Source: an uncultured Alphaproteobacteria bacterium (GTDB taxonomy: Bacteria > Pseudomonadota > Alphaproteobacteria > Rhodobacterales > Rhodobacteraceae). From it: 64,000 nt of DNA. Below, in pieces: positions 49,670-60,288 of the stretch (positions within the stretch are counted from its first letter, which is position 1; the number at the start of each line of letters is the position of its first letter). The notes below the pieces were generated by a model. The model saw nothing but the letters and a program-made list of their open reading frames with translations. It did no database searches and was not told the origin of the DNA. The position numbers and the translations under genes are program-made. The stretch lies in contig CAWBJI010000007.1 of the NCBI GenBank assembly GCA_963789105.1, forward strand, positions 49,594 to 113,593, in the 5' to 3' direction.

Positions 49670-50656
49670 TCAGGCCCGGCGCCGTCCGCCGCGCCGCCCG
49701 CCGCTGCGCGCGCCGGACGCCGCCGCGGCCTGCGCCGCCTCGGGGAAGGTTGCGCCGTCCCGGACCGCGTCCAGCACCCGCGAAAAGCCGATCCACTTTC
49801 CGCCATTCGGGTCGTGATTCATCAGCATGTTGGCCGCGTTTATCGCCTCCATCTCCTGCGCGCGAACGGGGTTCATGATCGCACTCGTCATGCCCGCGCC
49901 GATCGCCATGGGCAGGAACGCCGCGTTGACCCCGTGCCGGTTGGGCAGGCCGAAGCTGATATTGGACGCGCCGCAGGTCGTGTTCACGCCCAGCTCGGCC
50001 CGCAAACGGCGGACCAGCGTGAAGACCTGATGCCCCGCGGTCGCCATCGCGCCTATGGGCATGACCAGCGGGTCGACCACGATGTCATGGGCGGGGATGC
50101 CGAAATCCGCGGCGCGCTCGACGATCTTCTTCGCGACGGCGAACCGGACCTCCGGATCTTCGGAAATGCCGGTATCGTCGTTGGAGATCGCGACGACGGG
50201 GACGTTGTATTTCTTCACCAGCGGGAGAACCAGTTCCAGCCGTTCCTCCTCGCCCGTCACGGAGTTCAGGAGAGGGCGGCCCTCCGCGGCTTCGAGCCCG
50301 TTTTCGAGTGCCCCGGGCACCGACGAATCGATGCAGAGCGGCACGTCCACCAGTGCCTGCACCCGCTCGATCAGGGCCTTCATCAACGCGGGCTCGACGA
50401 AATTGTTGTCGGCGTAGCGCGGATCCTCCGCCATCTTGTTCGTGAAGACCGCGCCGGAATTGACGTCGAGAACCATGGCTCCGCAGGCGACCTGCTCCAG
50501 CGCGTCGCGCTCTACCGTGGTGAAGTCGTCCTGCTCCAGCTCCGCGGCCAGCTTCTTGCGACCCGTCGGATTGATCCGCTCCCCGATGACGCAGAACGGC
50601 TCGTCGAAACCGATCACTACGGTCTTCGTCTTCGATTCCAATACCGTGCGGGTCAT
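49670..50656 (-). CDS. methyltetrahydrofolate:corrinoid methyltransferase (pterin-binding domain, AcsE/MetH-like)
   Basis: IGERINPTGRKK, LDVN, NSVTGEEERL and GASNISFGLPNR blocks. Confidence 0.8.
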   Translation of the reverse strand: MTRTVLESKTKTVVIGFDEPFCVIGERINPTGRKKLAAELEQDDFTTVERDALEQVACGAMVLDVNSGAVFTNKMAEDPRYADNNFVEPALMKALIERVQALVDVPLCIDSSVPGALENGLEAAEGRPLLNSVTGEEERLELVLPLVKKYNVPVVAISNDDTGISEDPEVRFAVAKKIVERAADFGIPAHDIVVDPLVMPIGAMATAGHQVFTLVRRLRAELGVNTTCGASNISFGLPNRHGVNAAFLPMAIGAGMTSAIMNPVRAQEMEAINAANMLMNHDPNGGKWIGFSRVLDAVRDGATFPEAAQAAAASGARSGGRRGGRRRA

Positions 50657-51555
50657 TCTTCATCCTTCGTATGGGTGTCGAGCCAGGTGGCCGACGCCGT
50701 GATCCCGCCCAGCGGGAAGATATGGGCCGAAACGATGCCGAAATCGGGGTTCGCCGCCTTGTGCGCCGCGATCTGCGACAGGAACGCGGTCGGCTCGAAC
50801 GGCAGGAGGAGCTTGGTCACATCGGCGGCCCGGCGTTGCAGCACCCGCAGCGACGGGCCCACGCCGCAGGCGATGGCGAACCGGATCAGCGTCTGGAGCT
50901 TGGCCGGCCCGGCCACGCCGATATGGATCGGCAGGTCGATACCGGCCGCACGAATGGCATCGGCCCAGGCGATGACCGGCTCCGCCTCGAAACAGAACTG
51001 CGTCGCGATGGCCATCTCCGCATCGGTCCGCTCGGCGAACTTCTGTTTCCACGCAAGCGCATCGGAGACGTTCTTCGTACCGCCATCCATATCGATATCG
51101 CGGTTGCCCTCGGGGTGACCCGCCACATGCAGACGCCGGAACCCGTCAAAGGCGCCGGAACCCAGAAGCTGCATGGAATTCTCGTAGGCACCCGCCGCCT
51201 CCGGCACACCGCCCGCGAGGATCAGCGCCTGATCCACGTCGGCCTCGCCCCGATAGCGGGCGATCCAGTCGTCGAGCGTGGCGCGGTCCGGGATGATCCG
51301 CGCGGGGACATGCGGCATCGGCTCCATCCCCTCGGCGCGCAGGCGGGCGGCGGTCGCCACCATGTCGGCGATGGGCGTGCCGTCGATATGGGCGATGTAG
51401 ACGCGGGTGCCCCGGGGAAGGAGGGCGGCGAAATCATCGACTTTCTCAGCGGTCCGCGGCATCACCTCGATGGAGGCGCCATCGAGGAGACGGGCCAGAG
51501 GCGCGTCGACCGGGGCGGGGGCCGTCTCGCGACGCAGGAACCCGAGGATCGCCAT
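50653..51555 (-). CDS. metF: methylenetetrahydrofolate reductase family protein
   Basis: 300 aa. ATGA overlaps at both ends. MetF-like TIM-barrel sequence (IEVMPRTA..., HVAGHPEG). Confidence 0.7.
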   Translation of the reverse strand: MAILGFLRRETAPAPVDAPLARLLDGASIEVMPRTAEKVDDFAALLPRGTRVYIAHIDGTPIADMVATAARLRAEGMEPMPHVPARIIPDRATLDDWIARYRGEADVDQALILAGGVPEAAGAYENSMQLLGSGAFDGFRRLHVAGHPEGNRDIDMDGGTKNVSDALAWKQKFAERTDAEMAIATQFCFEAEPVIAWADAIRAAGIDLPIHIGVAGPAKLQTLIRFAIACGVGPSLRVLQRRAADVTKLLLPFEPTAFLSQIAAHKAANPDFGIVSAHIFPLGGITASATWLDTHTKDEE

Positions 51556-51866
51556 CAGGCGGCCCCTTCCGTCTCGCGCCCGCCGGCCAAGGCCACGTCG
51601 CGCAACCGCTCCGGCGTCCACTCGGCTTCGAGCGCTGCGGCCCGGGCGGCAGCAACCTCCGCGTCACCGCCCTCCACCACACCCTCGGGCACCTTTCGCC
51701 AGTCGGCGAGATACTCGTCGGTCCCGGATGCGCCGGAGCGCATGGCGGCCCGGTCGATGGCCTGCTCGAACCGCTCGGACAATTGCACCTTGGCCGCGCG
51801 CCTGCCGGAGCCTGCGATGACCTGTGCGGGGATGTCCCGCCAATAGACGACCGTGATCTGCGCCAT
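51555..51866 (-). CDS. small 'virulence factor' domain protein, first gene of the operon
   Basis: ATG 51866 after GGGAGG. MAQITVVYWRDIPAQVIA... 103 aa. Confidence 0.6.
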   Translation of the reverse strand: MAQITVVYWRDIPAQVIAGSGRRAAKVQLSERFEQAIDRAAMRSGASGTDEYLADWRKVPEGVVEGGDAEVAAARAAALEAEWTPERLRDVALAGGRETEGAA

Positions 51867-52101
51867 GGATGCCTCCCGCCCGTGCGATCTGGCCCGAGAT
51901 ATAGGGACGGGGTTCGCGCCCCCGGTGCCGGTTATCGACATGCGCCCGTCCGGGCGCGACACCGGATCGGGATGTAGCGGCAGCGGCGGTGGAACACGAG
52001 GGGGGCGGGCCATCGGATCCTTCATGTCGGACATGAGACCGGTTGCCGTGGACGGCGCGCGAACGCTATGGCTTGGGATGACCTTATGAACGGAGGCGGT
52101 G

Positions 52102-53253
52102 ATGCCACCGGAAGACCCGGCCGAAACCGACCGGGGTCCGCCCGGCGCGCCCCGCGTCGGTCGCCCCGCGCCGGTGGTGCGCCCCGATCCCGATGCCCGT
52201 CCCGATCCGGCGAGCCTCTATGCCGCGCTCGATCTGGGCACGAATTCCTGTCGGATGCTGATCGCGCAGCCGAAGGGCAGCCAGCTTCACGTCGTCGACA
52301 GCTTTTCCAAGTCGGTGCAGCTCGGCAACGGGCTGGAGGCGTCCGGGCGCCTGTCCCGCGCCTCCATGGCGCGCACCATCGGGGCGCTCAAAATCTGTCG
52401 CCGCAAGCTGGAGACCCACGACGTCCGGCGGATGCGCCTCGTCGCGACGGAGGCGTGTCGGCGCGCGACCAATGCGGAGGAATTCATCCGGCTGGTCCAC
52501 CGGGAAACCGAACTGCCTCTTGAGATCATCGAGCCGGAGGAGGAGGCGCGCCTTGCGGTTGTGAGCTGCGCGCCCCTCGTCTCCGCCCGCTGCGAGCAGC
52601 TTCTGGTGGTCGATATCGGCGGCGGCTCGACCGAGCTGGTCTGGATCGACCTGACCCGCGTGCCCCGGCTGGAGCGAAGCCGCGCGATCATGCGCCTCCA
52701 TTCCGGGTTCCTGCCCGGCGAGGGCAGTCCGTTCCCCGCCGCCAAGGTGGTCGACTGGATCAGCATCCCGCTCGGCGTCGCGACCCTCAAGGACCAGTTC
52801 CGGGACGTGGCCGACGACGCCGCGCGCTTCGCCCTCATGTCGTGGCATTTCGAGGAATGCCTGCAGGAGTTCAGCCCCTATGCCGACGCCGCGGGCGACA
52901 GCGATCCGGGCTTCCAGATCATCGGGACCAGCGGGACCGTCACCACGGTCGCCGCGACGCACCTGAACCTGCGCCGCTACGACCGGAACAAGGTGGACGG
53001 CCTGCGCATGACCACGGCGCAGATCGACCGGGTCATCCGGAGTTATCTGGAGCTGGGTCCGGAGGGTCGTCGCCTCGACCCGCGGATCGGACGCGATCGT
53101 CATTCGCTCATCATGTCCGGGGCCGCGATCCTTCAGGCGCTGCTGCGGGTCTGGCCCACGGACCGCCTGTCGGTCGCGGATCGGGGCCTGCGCGAGGGAC
53201 TGCTCTACGCCCAGATGTCGGCAGACGGTGTGCTGGAGGACGGACCGTTCTGA
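52102..53253 (+). CDS. ppx: Ppx/GppA family phosphatase
   Basis: [10 protein letters not shown] and [15 protein letters not shown] motifs. RBS GGAGG. Confidence 0.85.
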   Translation: MPPEDPAETDRGPPGAPRVGRPAPVVRPDPDARPDPASLYAALDLGTNSCRMLIAQPKGSQLHVVDSFSKSVQLGNGLEASGRLSRASMARTIGALKICRRKLETHDVRRMRLVATEACRRATNAEEFIRLVHRETELPLEIIEPEEEARLAVVSCAPLVSARCEQLLVVDIGGGSTELVWIDLTRVPRLERSRAIMRLHSGFLPGEGSPFPAAKVVDWISIPLGVATLKDQFRDVADDAARFALMSWHFEECLQEFSPYADAAGDSDPGFQIIGTSGTVTTVAATHLNLRRYDRNKVDGLRMTTAQIDRVIRSYLELGPEGRRLDPRIGRDRHSLIMSGAAILQALLRVWPTDRLSVADRGLREGLLYAQMSADGVLEDGPF

Positions 53254-53395
53254 CGGCGCGCCCCGCGTGCGGCTGGATTTACAACAGCCGGCCGCGAAAC
53301 CGGACCGGGCGCAAACCCCACCCCCACGCATCCCGTCGCGACGCCCCCCACATCCGGACCTGTGCAATCGTCACCGGACCGCCTATCTGATCCCC

Positions 53396-54121
53396 ATGGC
53401 CAAACCTCCCACCAGAAACCCCTCCGGCCGCGGCTACCGCGATCTCACCGTCAAGGTGAAGACCGCGCGCGGGCGCAAGTTGTCCTCCAAACTCTGGCTG
53501 GAACGGCAGCTCAACGACCCCTACGTCGCCCGCGCGCGGGCCGAAGGGTATCGCGGCCGGGCGGCATTCAAGATCTTGGAGCTGGACGACCGCTACGGTT
53601 TCCTCGTGCCCGGCGCCCGGGTGGTGGATCTCGGCTGCGCGCCCGGCGGATGGCTGCAGATCGCGGCCCCCCGGATCAATGCGACGGGCGAGTTGGCAAA
53701 GAAGCCGCGCGGGCGCCTGATCGGTCTTGACCTGCAGGAGGTCGATCCGATCCCCGGTGCGGAAATCCACGTTCTCGATTTCCTCGCGGACGGGGCCGAC
53801 GACCGGGTGAAGGAATGGCTTGGGGGGGAGGCCGACGTGGTCATGTCCGACATGGCCGCCAGTTCCTCGGGCCACAAACAGACGGATCACCTCCGCATCA
53901 TCGCGCTCTGCGAAGCGGCGGCGGAACTGGCCTTCGACGTCCTCGCCCCCGGGGGCACCTTCGTGGCCAAGGTCCTTGCCGGCGGGGCCGAGGGCGAGCT
54001 TCAGAAGCGCCTGAAGACCCGCTTCACCTCGGTCGCAAACGTCAAGCCGGGCGCCAGCCGCGCGGACAGTTCCGAAAAGTTCGTCGTGGCACAGGGCTTC
54101 CGCGGTCTGACCGAAGCCTAA
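53396..54121 (+). CDS. rlmE: 23S rRNA (uridine-2'-O)-methyltransferase RlmE/FtsJ
   Basis: [26 protein letters not shown] and VMSDMA motifs. Confidence 0.9.
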   Translation: MAKPPTRNPSGRGYRDLTVKVKTARGRKLSSKLWLERQLNDPYVARARAEGYRGRAAFKILELDDRYGFLVPGARVVDLGCAPGGWLQIAAPRINATGELAKKPRGRLIGLDLQEVDPIPGAEIHVLDFLADGADDRVKEWLGGEADVVMSDMAASSSGHKQTDHLRIIALCEAAAELAFDVLAPGGTFVAKVLAGGAEGELQKRLKTRFTSVANVKPGASRADSSEKFVVAQGFRGLTEA

Positions 54122-54333
54122 TCGTCCGGCGCCTCGTTGCCGCGGATCCGCTTCTCCCGCAATTCGTCGGTGGCGAAATCGTCCGCGCCCACCGCGGGCT
54201 TATCGTATTTCGTCTTGCCGCCCTCGGGTCTCTTCTCGGCCCGGCTCTCGCCATAGACCCGCTCTTTCGGCTTGCCGGGAGCGTCGTCGCCCTCGGGCAT
54301 GGGCTGCTGACCGTCATCGTTCGACTTGACCAT
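54118..54333 (-). CDS. small hydrophilic protein (71 aa), unknown function
   Basis: Strong RBS AGGAGGA 5 nt upstream of ATG 54333. Charged, low-complexity product. Confidence 0.5.
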   Translation of the reverse strand: MVKSNDDGQQPMPEGDDAPGKPKERVYGESRAEKRPEGGKTKYDKPAVGADDFATDELREKRIRGNEAPDD

Positions 54334-54380
54334 GAAATCCTCCTGTCTCCCCGCGCCAACGCACGGGGAGGGGGAGGGTT

Positions 54381-54782
54381 TCAGCCCGCGACGATCACGC
54401 TCCCCCCGACCGCGAGAATGCAGAGCCATCCGGCGGTGAAGAGGATCGGGCGGAGCGGGAAGCGCGCCGCACCCGAGATCATCCCGACCGCATGGGCAAT
54501 CCGCAGGACGAAGAAGATGCCCGTGGCCCAGACCGTCACCCCGGTGGAGATGCCCGCCGCATGGGCGATCAGCACCAGCGCCAGCATCGGCAGGAACTGC
54601 TCCAGCAGGTTGAGATGCGCGCGATAGGCCCGGTGAACCCAGGGGCGCAGGCTGTTGAGATCGCCGGGCCGCGCGAAATTGTCCTGCGGCTCGGCCTCGG
54701 TGTTCACCCCCACGATGTATGGGATCCAGAGCGACGCGGCGAGGATCGCCGTCCAGGTCATCCACCAGAGCTCGGGGCTCAC
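54381..54782 (-). CDS. MAPEG family membrane protein
   Basis: GTG 54782 overlaps the upstream stop (GTGA). About 133 aa, hydrophobic, with a RAHLNLLEQF block. Confidence 0.65.
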   Translation of the reverse strand: MSPELWWMTWTAILAASLWIPYIVGVNTEAEPQDNFARPGDLNSLRPWVHRAYRAHLNLLEQFLPMLALVLIAHAAGISTGVTVWATGIFFVLRIAHAVGMISGAARFPLRPILFTAGWLCILAVGGSVIVAG

Positions 54783-55210
54783 TGCGCCACCTCCACGAAC
54801 CGGACCGCTTCGCCGGTTTCCAGCAGGGTCTTGAGGCTGGCCACGATCCGCTCCCATGTCGGGCCGACATGCGAGTCCGCGGCCGGGATGTCGTAATGCT
54901 CCAGCGTCAGGGCGCAATGGTCGCCCTCCGGCGCGATGGTCCAGACGAAGCGGGACGCGGGCAGGTCGGGCGCATATTGCGGCTCGAACGTCGCGGCGAT
55001 GCGGGTCTTCGGCACCACCTCCTCGTCGGTGCAGACCAGCAGGGGCATCCCGTCGGCATCGAGCATCCGGAGGCCGTCGCCCTCCCGCTCCGCCCGGTCG
55101 ATCATGTGGTAATAGTCCGGCAGGCGCGCCGGATCCCGCAACGCCTCCCAGAGCGCGTCCCGGGTGCAGCGGATGAAGGTTCGCAGGACGAAGTCGGGTT
55201 TCGGGTTCAT
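54779..55210 (-). CDS. SRPBCC/AHSA1 domain protein
   Basis: 143 aa. KPDFVLRTFIRCTRDALWEAL... Paralogous to the C-terminal half of the next gene. Confidence 0.75.
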   Translation of the reverse strand: MNPKPDFVLRTFIRCTRDALWEALRDPARLPDYYHMIDRAEREGDGLRMLDADGMPLLVCTDEEVVPKTRIAATFEPQYAPDLPASRFVWTIAPEGDHCALTLEHYDIPAADSHVGPTWERIVASLKTLLETGEAVRFVEVAQ

Positions 55211-55235
55211 CGAATCTCTCCCTGATTTGCGTGGA

Positions 55236-55973
55236 TCATTCGTCCGCCGAAAGACGGCTCGGCTTGCCGGTCTCGAGCCAGGATTTTAGGCCCGCGACCA
55301 GTCGCTCCCACCCTTCGGCATAGCCTTCGCCGCCCTCGGGGATGTCGTAATGCTCCAGCGTCAGGCGGCAGGCCGACGCCTCCGGCTGGATCATCCAGAC
55401 GAAGCGCGAAACGGGGATGCCCGGCGCCCATTTCGGCGCGAATTCCGCCTCGATCCGCGTCTTCGGCGTCTTGGACGTCTCGCGACAGACCAGCATGTCC
55501 GATCCATCCGGGAGCTTGTAGACGATGGCATCGCCCTCGCGCTGCGCATCCGGCGTGAACGGGTGGTAATTGGCGGCGGCCTCCGCCTCCGTCAGCGCAT
55601 CCCAGAGCGCATCCTGGGTGCAGCGGATAAAGGTCCGCAGGACGTAATCGGGTTTCTGTTCCATGTTGCCCTCCAATCGAGCCTTGAGATCCAGCACCCC
55701 CCGGACGGCGGGCGCCACGCGATAGGGTTCGATCCATCGCCCCAACGCCTCCGCCAGGGGGACCGCGTTGAGGTAGTGGTGGGTGAAACGACCCCGCTTC
55801 ACCCGCGTCACCAGCCCCGCCGCCTCCAGAACCCCCAGATGCTTGGCCACTCCGAACCGCGAGATCGGCAGCGCCGCCTCCAGCTGAGACAACGTCTGTC
55901 CGTCCTCCCGGCGCAGAGCGTCGAGAAGGTCGCGCCGGGAGGGGTCGGCGAGGGCCTTGAAGACCGAATCCAT
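55236..55973 (-). CDS. ArsR/SmtB-family HTH regulator fused to an SRPBCC/AHSA1 domain
   Basis: FKALADPSRRDLLDAL...ISRFGVAKHLGVLEAAGLV, then KPDYVLRTFIRCTQDALWDAL... Confidence 0.8.
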   Translation of the reverse strand: MDSVFKALADPSRRDLLDALRREDGQTLSQLEAALPISRFGVAKHLGVLEAAGLVTRVKRGRFTHHYLNAVPLAEALGRWIEPYRVAPAVRGVLDLKARLEGNMEQKPDYVLRTFIRCTQDALWDALTEAEAAANYHPFTPDAQREGDAIVYKLPDGSDMLVCRETSKTPKTRIEAEFAPKWAPGIPVSRFVWMIQPEASACRLTLEHYDIPEGGEGYAEGWERLVAGLKSWLETGKPSRLSADE

Positions 55974-56088
55974 GGATCGTTGTTATGTGACTATCCGGTA
56001 ACCTGTCAACATATGTGACCGACGGGTCACCTATTTGCGCGTCCCCTCCGCCCGCGCTAATCTGACGCCGGAGCAGGGAGGACCGACC

Positions 56089-56835
56089 ATGGCAGACACC
56101 GTCACCCGCGCGGGCAACGCGCTCGCCTTCCACGCCAGCCCGGGCACCGCGCCCGGCATCGTGTTTCTCGGCGGCTACAATTCCGACATGACCGGCACCA
56201 AGGCGGTGGCGTTGGAGGCCTGGGCCCGGTCGCAGGGCCGCGCCTTCCTGCGGCTCGACTATTCCGGGCACGGCGCGTCCGGGGGCACCTTCGCCGCCGG
56301 GTCCATCGGCGACTGGGCCGAGGATGCGCGCGCGGTGATCGCCCATGCCACCGACGGGCCGCAGGTTCTGGTCGGCTCCTCCATGGGCGGCTGGATCGCC
56401 CTCCTGCTGGCGCGTCGGGAACCGGCCCGGGTCGCCGGACTCGTGACGATCGCCGCCGCACCCGATTTCACGGAGGACGGCTTCTGGGCCGGGTTCACCG
56501 CGGATCAGCGGGTCGACCTGTTCGAGAAGGGGCACGTCCTTCTGCCCTCCGAATACGGGGAACCCACCCGCGTCACCCGTCATCTGATCGAGGAGGGGCG
56601 TCGGCAATTCGTTCTGCGGTCGCCCCTGTCCCTCCCGTTCCCGGTCCGGATGCTGCAGGGGACCGCGGATGCGGACGTGCCCGTCGCGACAGCACTCCGC
56701 CTGTTCGGTCATGCCGACAGCCCCGACATGCGCCTCACCCTCGTCGACGACGCGGACCACCGCTTCTCGACGCCCGACTGCCTGACCCTGATCGAGCAGA
56801 GCGTGGCGGAGGTGCTGGAGCGGGTGGCGGCGTGA
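56089..56835 (+). CDS. alpha/beta hydrolase
   Basis: RBS GGGAGGA. Nucleophile elbow GSSMGG. Terminal DHRF. Confidence 0.8.
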   Translation: MADTVTRAGNALAFHASPGTAPGIVFLGGYNSDMTGTKAVALEAWARSQGRAFLRLDYSGHGASGGTFAAGSIGDWAEDARAVIAHATDGPQVLVGSSMGGWIALLLARREPARVAGLVTIAAAPDFTEDGFWAGFTADQRVDLFEKGHVLLPSEYGEPTRVTRHLIEEGRRQFVLRSPLSLPFPVRMLQGTADADVPVATALRLFGHADSPDMRLTLVDDADHRFSTPDCLTLIEQSVAEVLERVAA

Positions 56836-57824
56836 GGGCGCGCCTGCTCCGGGGGCTGGCGATCACCGCACTCGCCCTCGGGGTCGCGGCTGTCGCCCTC
56901 TGGTTCTTCGGTCCCTACGAAAGGGTCGATACAACCATCGATTTCGACGCGAGCACCGTGCCGGGCGATCTCGACGGCTGGCTCGCCGACCGGGAGGGGC
57001 AGGTGCCGGGCCTTGAGCCCGCGGCCGCCAAGCGCATCCTCTGGGCCGGTCTGCCGGGACGACGCACGGATCTCGTCCTCGTCTATCTCCACGGCTTCTC
57101 CGCGACCTCGTGGGAATTACGCCCGGTGCCCGACCGGATCGGCGCGGCCCTCGGCGCGAACGTGTTCCTGACCCGGCTCGCCGGGCACGGGATCGACGGC
57201 ACCGCACTGGCGGAGGCGCGGGCGGGCGACTGGATCGAGGATCTGGCCGAGGCGATGGAGGTGGGCCGCCGCCTGGGCGACCGGGTCGTGGTCATGGCCA
57301 CCTCCACCGGCGGCACGCTGGCCGCGCTCCTCGCCGCCGATCCCGACTTGGCCCGGTTGCGCCGCGACCTCGCGGGCGTGATCCTGATCTCGCCCAACTT
57401 CCGCGTGGCCAACCCCGCGGGGCGCCTGCTGTCGTTGCCGGGCGCGCGGAGCTGGCTGCCGCTCGTGGCCGGGGAAACGCGGTCCTTCGCGCCGCGCAAC
57501 GACCGCCATGCCCGCCACTGGACCACCGAATATCCCACCGTCGCCCTGCTCCCGATGCAGGCGCTGATCGACCGGGCGGACGGCCTCGACTGGCGGGCCG
57601 CGACGAGTCCCGCGCTGTTCTGGTTCTCGCCCCGCGACACCGTGGTCGACGCCCGCGCGACGGAGGTCGTGGCCGCGTCCTGGGGCGGTGCGACCGATAT
57701 CCGCCGGATCGACCCGGCATCCGGCGACGATCCCGAGGCCCACGTCATCGCGGGCGACATCCTGAGCCCCGCCCGCACCGCGGAGACCGTCGCGGAGATG
57801 ATCGTCTGGCTCGAATCCCTCTGA
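56832..57824 (+). CDS. alpha/beta hydrolase with N-terminal membrane anchor
   Basis: GTG 56832 overlaps the previous stop. LHGFSAT and the ATSTGG elbow. Confidence 0.7.
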   Translation: MRARLLRGLAITALALGVAAVALWFFGPYERVDTTIDFDASTVPGDLDGWLADREGQVPGLEPAAAKRILWAGLPGRRTDLVLVYLHGFSATSWELRPVPDRIGAALGANVFLTRLAGHGIDGTALAEARAGDWIEDLAEAMEVGRRLGDRVVVMATSTGGTLAALLAADPDLARLRRDLAGVILISPNFRVANPAGRLLSLPGARSWLPLVAGETRSFAPRNDRHARHWTTEYPTVALLPMQALIDRADGLDWRAATSPALFWFSPRDTVVDARATEVVAASWGGATDIRRIDPASGDDPEAHVIAGDILSPARTAETVAEMIVWLESL

Positions 57825-57914
57825 CCGACCGGGCCCGATTGCAGACGTATGCAATTCCCTTGAGGTCGGTCCGCCCGCGCGCATAGATTGGCCGCAGCCG
57901 AGGGAGGGCGCGCG

Positions 57915-59240
57915 ATGGCCGAACATCTCAAGACCGCCAAGTCCGATGCCGACCGGGCCGAGGACGACGCCAAGGTCCGCACTTCCGTCGAGGGCATCCT
58001 CGCCGATATCGAAGCGCGCGGCGACACGGCCGTCCGCGAACTGTCGGAGAAGTTCGACGACTACACCCCCGACAGCTTCCGCCTGACGCAGGCCCAGATC
58101 GACGCCCTCATCGCGGAGCTGTCCGAGCGAGAGCTGGCCGATATCCGCTTCGCCCAGGAGCAGGTCCGCAACTTCGCCCGCATCCAGCGCGAGTCCCTGC
58201 ACGACGTCGAGGTCGAGACGATGCCCGGCGTGATCCTCGGGCACCGCAACATTCCCGTCCAATCCGTCGGCTGCTATGTGCCCGGCGGCAAGTTCCCCAT
58301 GGTCGCCTCCGCCCACATGTCCGTGGCCACGGCGAGCGTCGCGGGTGTCCCCCGCATCATCGCCTGCACGCCCCCGTTCAAAGGCCGCCCCAACGCCGCC
58401 GTCATCGCCGCGATGCACCTTGGCGGCGCGCATGAAATCTACGTCATGGGCGGCATCCAGGCGGTCGGCGCGATGGCCATCGGGACCGAGACCATCGACC
58501 CCGTCCACATGCTGGTCGGGCCCGGCAACGCCTATGTGGCGGAGGCGAAGCGACAGCTCTTCGGCCGCGTCGGCATCGACCTCTTCGCGGGTCCGACCGA
58601 AACCATGGTGATCGCCGACGACACGGTCGATGCCGAACTCGTGGCCACGGACCTGCTGGGGCAGGCGGAGCACGGCTACAACTCCCCCGCGATCCTGCTG
58701 ACCACCTCCCGAAAGCTGGCCGAGGGCACGCAGGCCGAAATCGCGCGCATCCTGACGATCCTCCCCACCGCGGACACGGCCCGCGCCTCGTGGGAGGATT
58801 ACGGCGAGATCATCCTCTGCGACGACCACGACGAGATGCTTGCCCTCGCCAACGACATCGCCTCCGAGCATGTGCAGGTGATGACCGACCGCGACGACTG
58901 GTATCTGGAGCACATGCACAGCTACGGCGCGCTGTTCCTCGGGCCGCGTACCAATGTGGCCAATGGCGACAAGGTCATCGGCACGAACCACACCCTGCCG
59001 ACGAAGAAGGCCGGGCGCTATACCGGCGGGCTCTGGGTCGGCAAGTTCCTGAAGACCCACAGCTATCAGAAGGTCACGACGGACGAAGCCGCGACCCTGA
59101 TCGGGGAATACGGCTCGCGCCTCTGCATGCTGGAAGGGTTCGTCGGCCATGCCGAGCAATGCAACATCCGCGTTCGGCGCTACGGCGGAGTGAACGTCCC
59201 CTACGGCGAGGGCGCGCCCCACCGCGAGGCCGCCGAGTGA
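57915..59240 (+). CDS. histidinol dehydrogenase family protein (HisD paralogue, substrate unknown)
   Basis: [34 protein letters not shown] and NHTLPT blocks. Confidence 0.8.
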   Translation: MAEHLKTAKSDADRAEDDAKVRTSVEGILADIEARGDTAVRELSEKFDDYTPDSFRLTQAQIDALIAELSERELADIRFAQEQVRNFARIQRESLHDVEVETMPGVILGHRNIPVQSVGCYVPGGKFPMVASAHMSVATASVAGVPRIIACTPPFKGRPNAAVIAAMHLGGAHEIYVMGGIQAVGAMAIGTETIDPVHMLVGPGNAYVAEAKRQLFGRVGIDLFAGPTETMVIADDTVDAELVATDLLGQAEHGYNSPAILLTTSRKLAEGTQAEIARILTILPTADTARASWEDYGEIILCDDHDEMLALANDIASEHVQVMTDRDDWYLEHMHSYGALFLGPRTNVANGDKVIGTNHTLPTKKAGRYTGGLWVGKFLKTHSYQKVTTDEAATLIGEYGSRLCMLEGFVGHAEQCNIRVRRYGGVNVPYGEGAPHREAAE

Positions 59241-59337
59241 CCCGGACCGCGCGGGGCATCGAGCCCCGCGTGGTCCGGCGAGAGGCCAGCCTCTCGCGCT
59301 CTCCGGAATATTTTCGGAGCAAAGACGGGGGGCGTCC

Positions 59338-60288
59338 ATGCTCGACCTGACGGATCACGATGCCGATGCGATGACGAAGGCTGTCCGGCGCTTCGTCGCC
59401 CCCGCCGCGACGGTGCAGCTCTGCCACCCGTTCGGCGACGTCACCGGCGGCGCGGGCTTCGTCGCCGCGGCGCTGGATCCGCTCTGGCGCGCGGTGCCGG
59501 ATGTGGAGCGTCGGGTCGATATCTCCGTGACGGGACAGGACGCGCAGGGGCAGGTCTGGACCGGGCAGGCGGGGCATTATGCCGGGCACTTCGCCGCCCC
59601 CTTCCTCGACATCCCCTCGACCGGACGGCTGGCCTATCTGCGGTTCCACGAATTCTACCGGGTGGAGGGCGACCGGGCGGTCGAGGTGCAGGCGATCTGG
59701 GACCTGCCCGACCTCATGCTGCAGGCGGGCCTCTGGCCCATGGGCCCGGCGCTGGGCCGCACCGGCCTCGTCCCCGGCCCCATGACTCAGGACGGACGCG
59801 ACCCGCCCGGCGACGGCACCCGCGCCCTGCGCATCGTCGGCGATATGCTCGACCGCCTGCACCTCAGCCCCGAGGGGGAGGCCGCGATGGACCTGCCCCG
59901 GGCCTGGCATCCCCGCTGTTCCTGGTACGGGCCCGGCGGCATCGGGACCGCCCGCGGCATTCGCGGCTTCCGCGACCACCACCAGATCCCGTTCCTCGAC
60001 GCGATGCCGGACCGCCGCGGCCATGTCGACAAGGGCCATTTCTTCGGCGCGGGCGACTACGCCGCCTTCACCGCCTGGCCGGGGATGGGCATGACGCTCA
60101 CCGGCGGCGGCTGGCTCGGCATCGCGGGCGCGGGACGGGCGATCACCATGCGCAGCCTCGATTTCTGGCGGGTGGAGGGGGATCTCATCCGCGAGAACTG
60201 GGTGCTCGTGGACCTGCTCCATGTCTGGGATCAGCTCGGCGTGGATGTCCTCGCCCGAATGCGGCAGCTTCGTCCGCCGACCCCCTAG
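59338..60288 (+). CDS. two-domain NTF2/SnoaL-like (ester cyclase-like) protein
   Basis: 316 aa. Each half ends in an NTF2-like strand pattern (FYRVEGDRAVEVQAIWD, FWRVEGDLIRENWVLVD). Confidence 0.55.
   Translation: MLDLTDHDADAMTKAVRRFVAPAATVQLCHPFGDVTGGAGFVAAALDPLWRAVPDVERRVDISVTGQDAQGQVWTGQAGHYAGHFAAPFLDIPSTGRLAYLRFHEFYRVEGDRAVEVQAIWDLPDLMLQAGLWPMGPALGRTGLVPGPMTQDGRDPPGDGTRALRIVGDMLDRLHLSPEGEAAMDLPRAWHPRCSWYGPGGIGTARGIRGFRDHHQIPFLDAMPDRRGHVDKGHFFGAGDYAAFTAWPGMGMTLTGGGWLGIAGAGRAITMRSLDFWRVEGDLIRENWVLVDLLHVWDQLGVDVLARMRQLRPPTP

Noticed and set aside
51867-52101. Cobalamin or SAM riboswitch in the leader of the methyl-THF/corrinoid operon
   Set aside because: I could not find a B12-box-like element or a SAM-II-like pseudoknot consensus by eye. 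A covariance-model scan (Rfam/Infernal) would be needed to exclude one.
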